DNA from: Vitrella brassicaformis CCMP3155
Lineage: Eukaryota; Protista; Chromerida
Direction: 5' to 3'
NCBI GenBank assembly: GCA_001179505.1
Contig: CDMY01000138.1
Coordinates: 62,001-126,000 of the forward strand
Length of the DNA: 64,000 nucleotides
Position 1 is the first letter of the stretch. Each line of letters starts with the position of its first letter. The notes under the pieces were generated by a model. It saw only the letters and a list, made by a program, of their open reading frames with translations. It searched no databases and was not told the origin of the DNA. The position numbers were made by a program, and so were the translations under genes. Positions 63,812 to 64,000 of the stretch are shown in pieces.

Positions 63812-64000
63812 ATGGCCAGATTTTCGATGCCAGCCAAATTGACTGACGCTGAGCGCAGTGATGACGTCACGGTGACGATGCTGGACGAGAAGAAGATTCG
63901 TCGAAGGATAAAGGGATGGACAGATAGAAAGGTACCCAGACAGAGATACACAGACCAGCTCCTTTGTTCAGGGTGTGCAGATGCACTCTGCCACATTTTC
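63812..64000 (+). CDS. First exon(s) of a gene running off the right edge
   Basis: ATG 63812 MARFSMPAKLTDAERSDDVTVTMLDEKKIRRRIKGWTDRK, followed by a gtaccc...ttcag intron. Confidence 0.35.
   Translation, partial: MARFSMPAKLTDAERSDDVTVTMLDEKKIRRRIKGWTDRKVPRQRYTDQLLCSGCADALCHIF

Overview
Intron-dense eukaryotic genomic DNA. The short GT-AG introns carry (GACA)n/(GATG)n/(CT)n microsatellites, and two genes have bipartite leaders with Phe after the signal peptide. The style is most consistent with a chromerid alveolate such as Vitrella (inference). About 22 spliced genes were reconstructed by eye: HisRS, PhyH-like dioxygenase, multi-pass membrane orphan, Kelch protein, GT90/CAP10 glycosyltransferase, arylsulfotransferase-like protein, bestrophin, centrin, RAP/helical-repeat protein, plastid-type methyltransferase, CAMK kinase with a KHA/DCX-like N-terminus, SSAT-like GNAT, Rab6, MutS2, alpha-carbonic anhydrase, an SBP_bac_3-like secreted protein and several orphans. 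Structure not explained by the genes: (1) a 1108-bp CACTA...TAGTG fold-back element (38375-39482) whose ~400-460-bp inverted arms are phased GGAAAACTGG arrays; (2) a diverged uninterrupted copy of its insertion site at 31821-32024, in inverted orientation; (3) two separate inverted pairs of orphan secreted-protein paralogs; (4) a head-to-head GT90/arylsulfotransferase pair. There is one 300-N assembly gap. No rRNA, tRNA or CRISPR array is supportable. Exon boundaries are manual and approximate.
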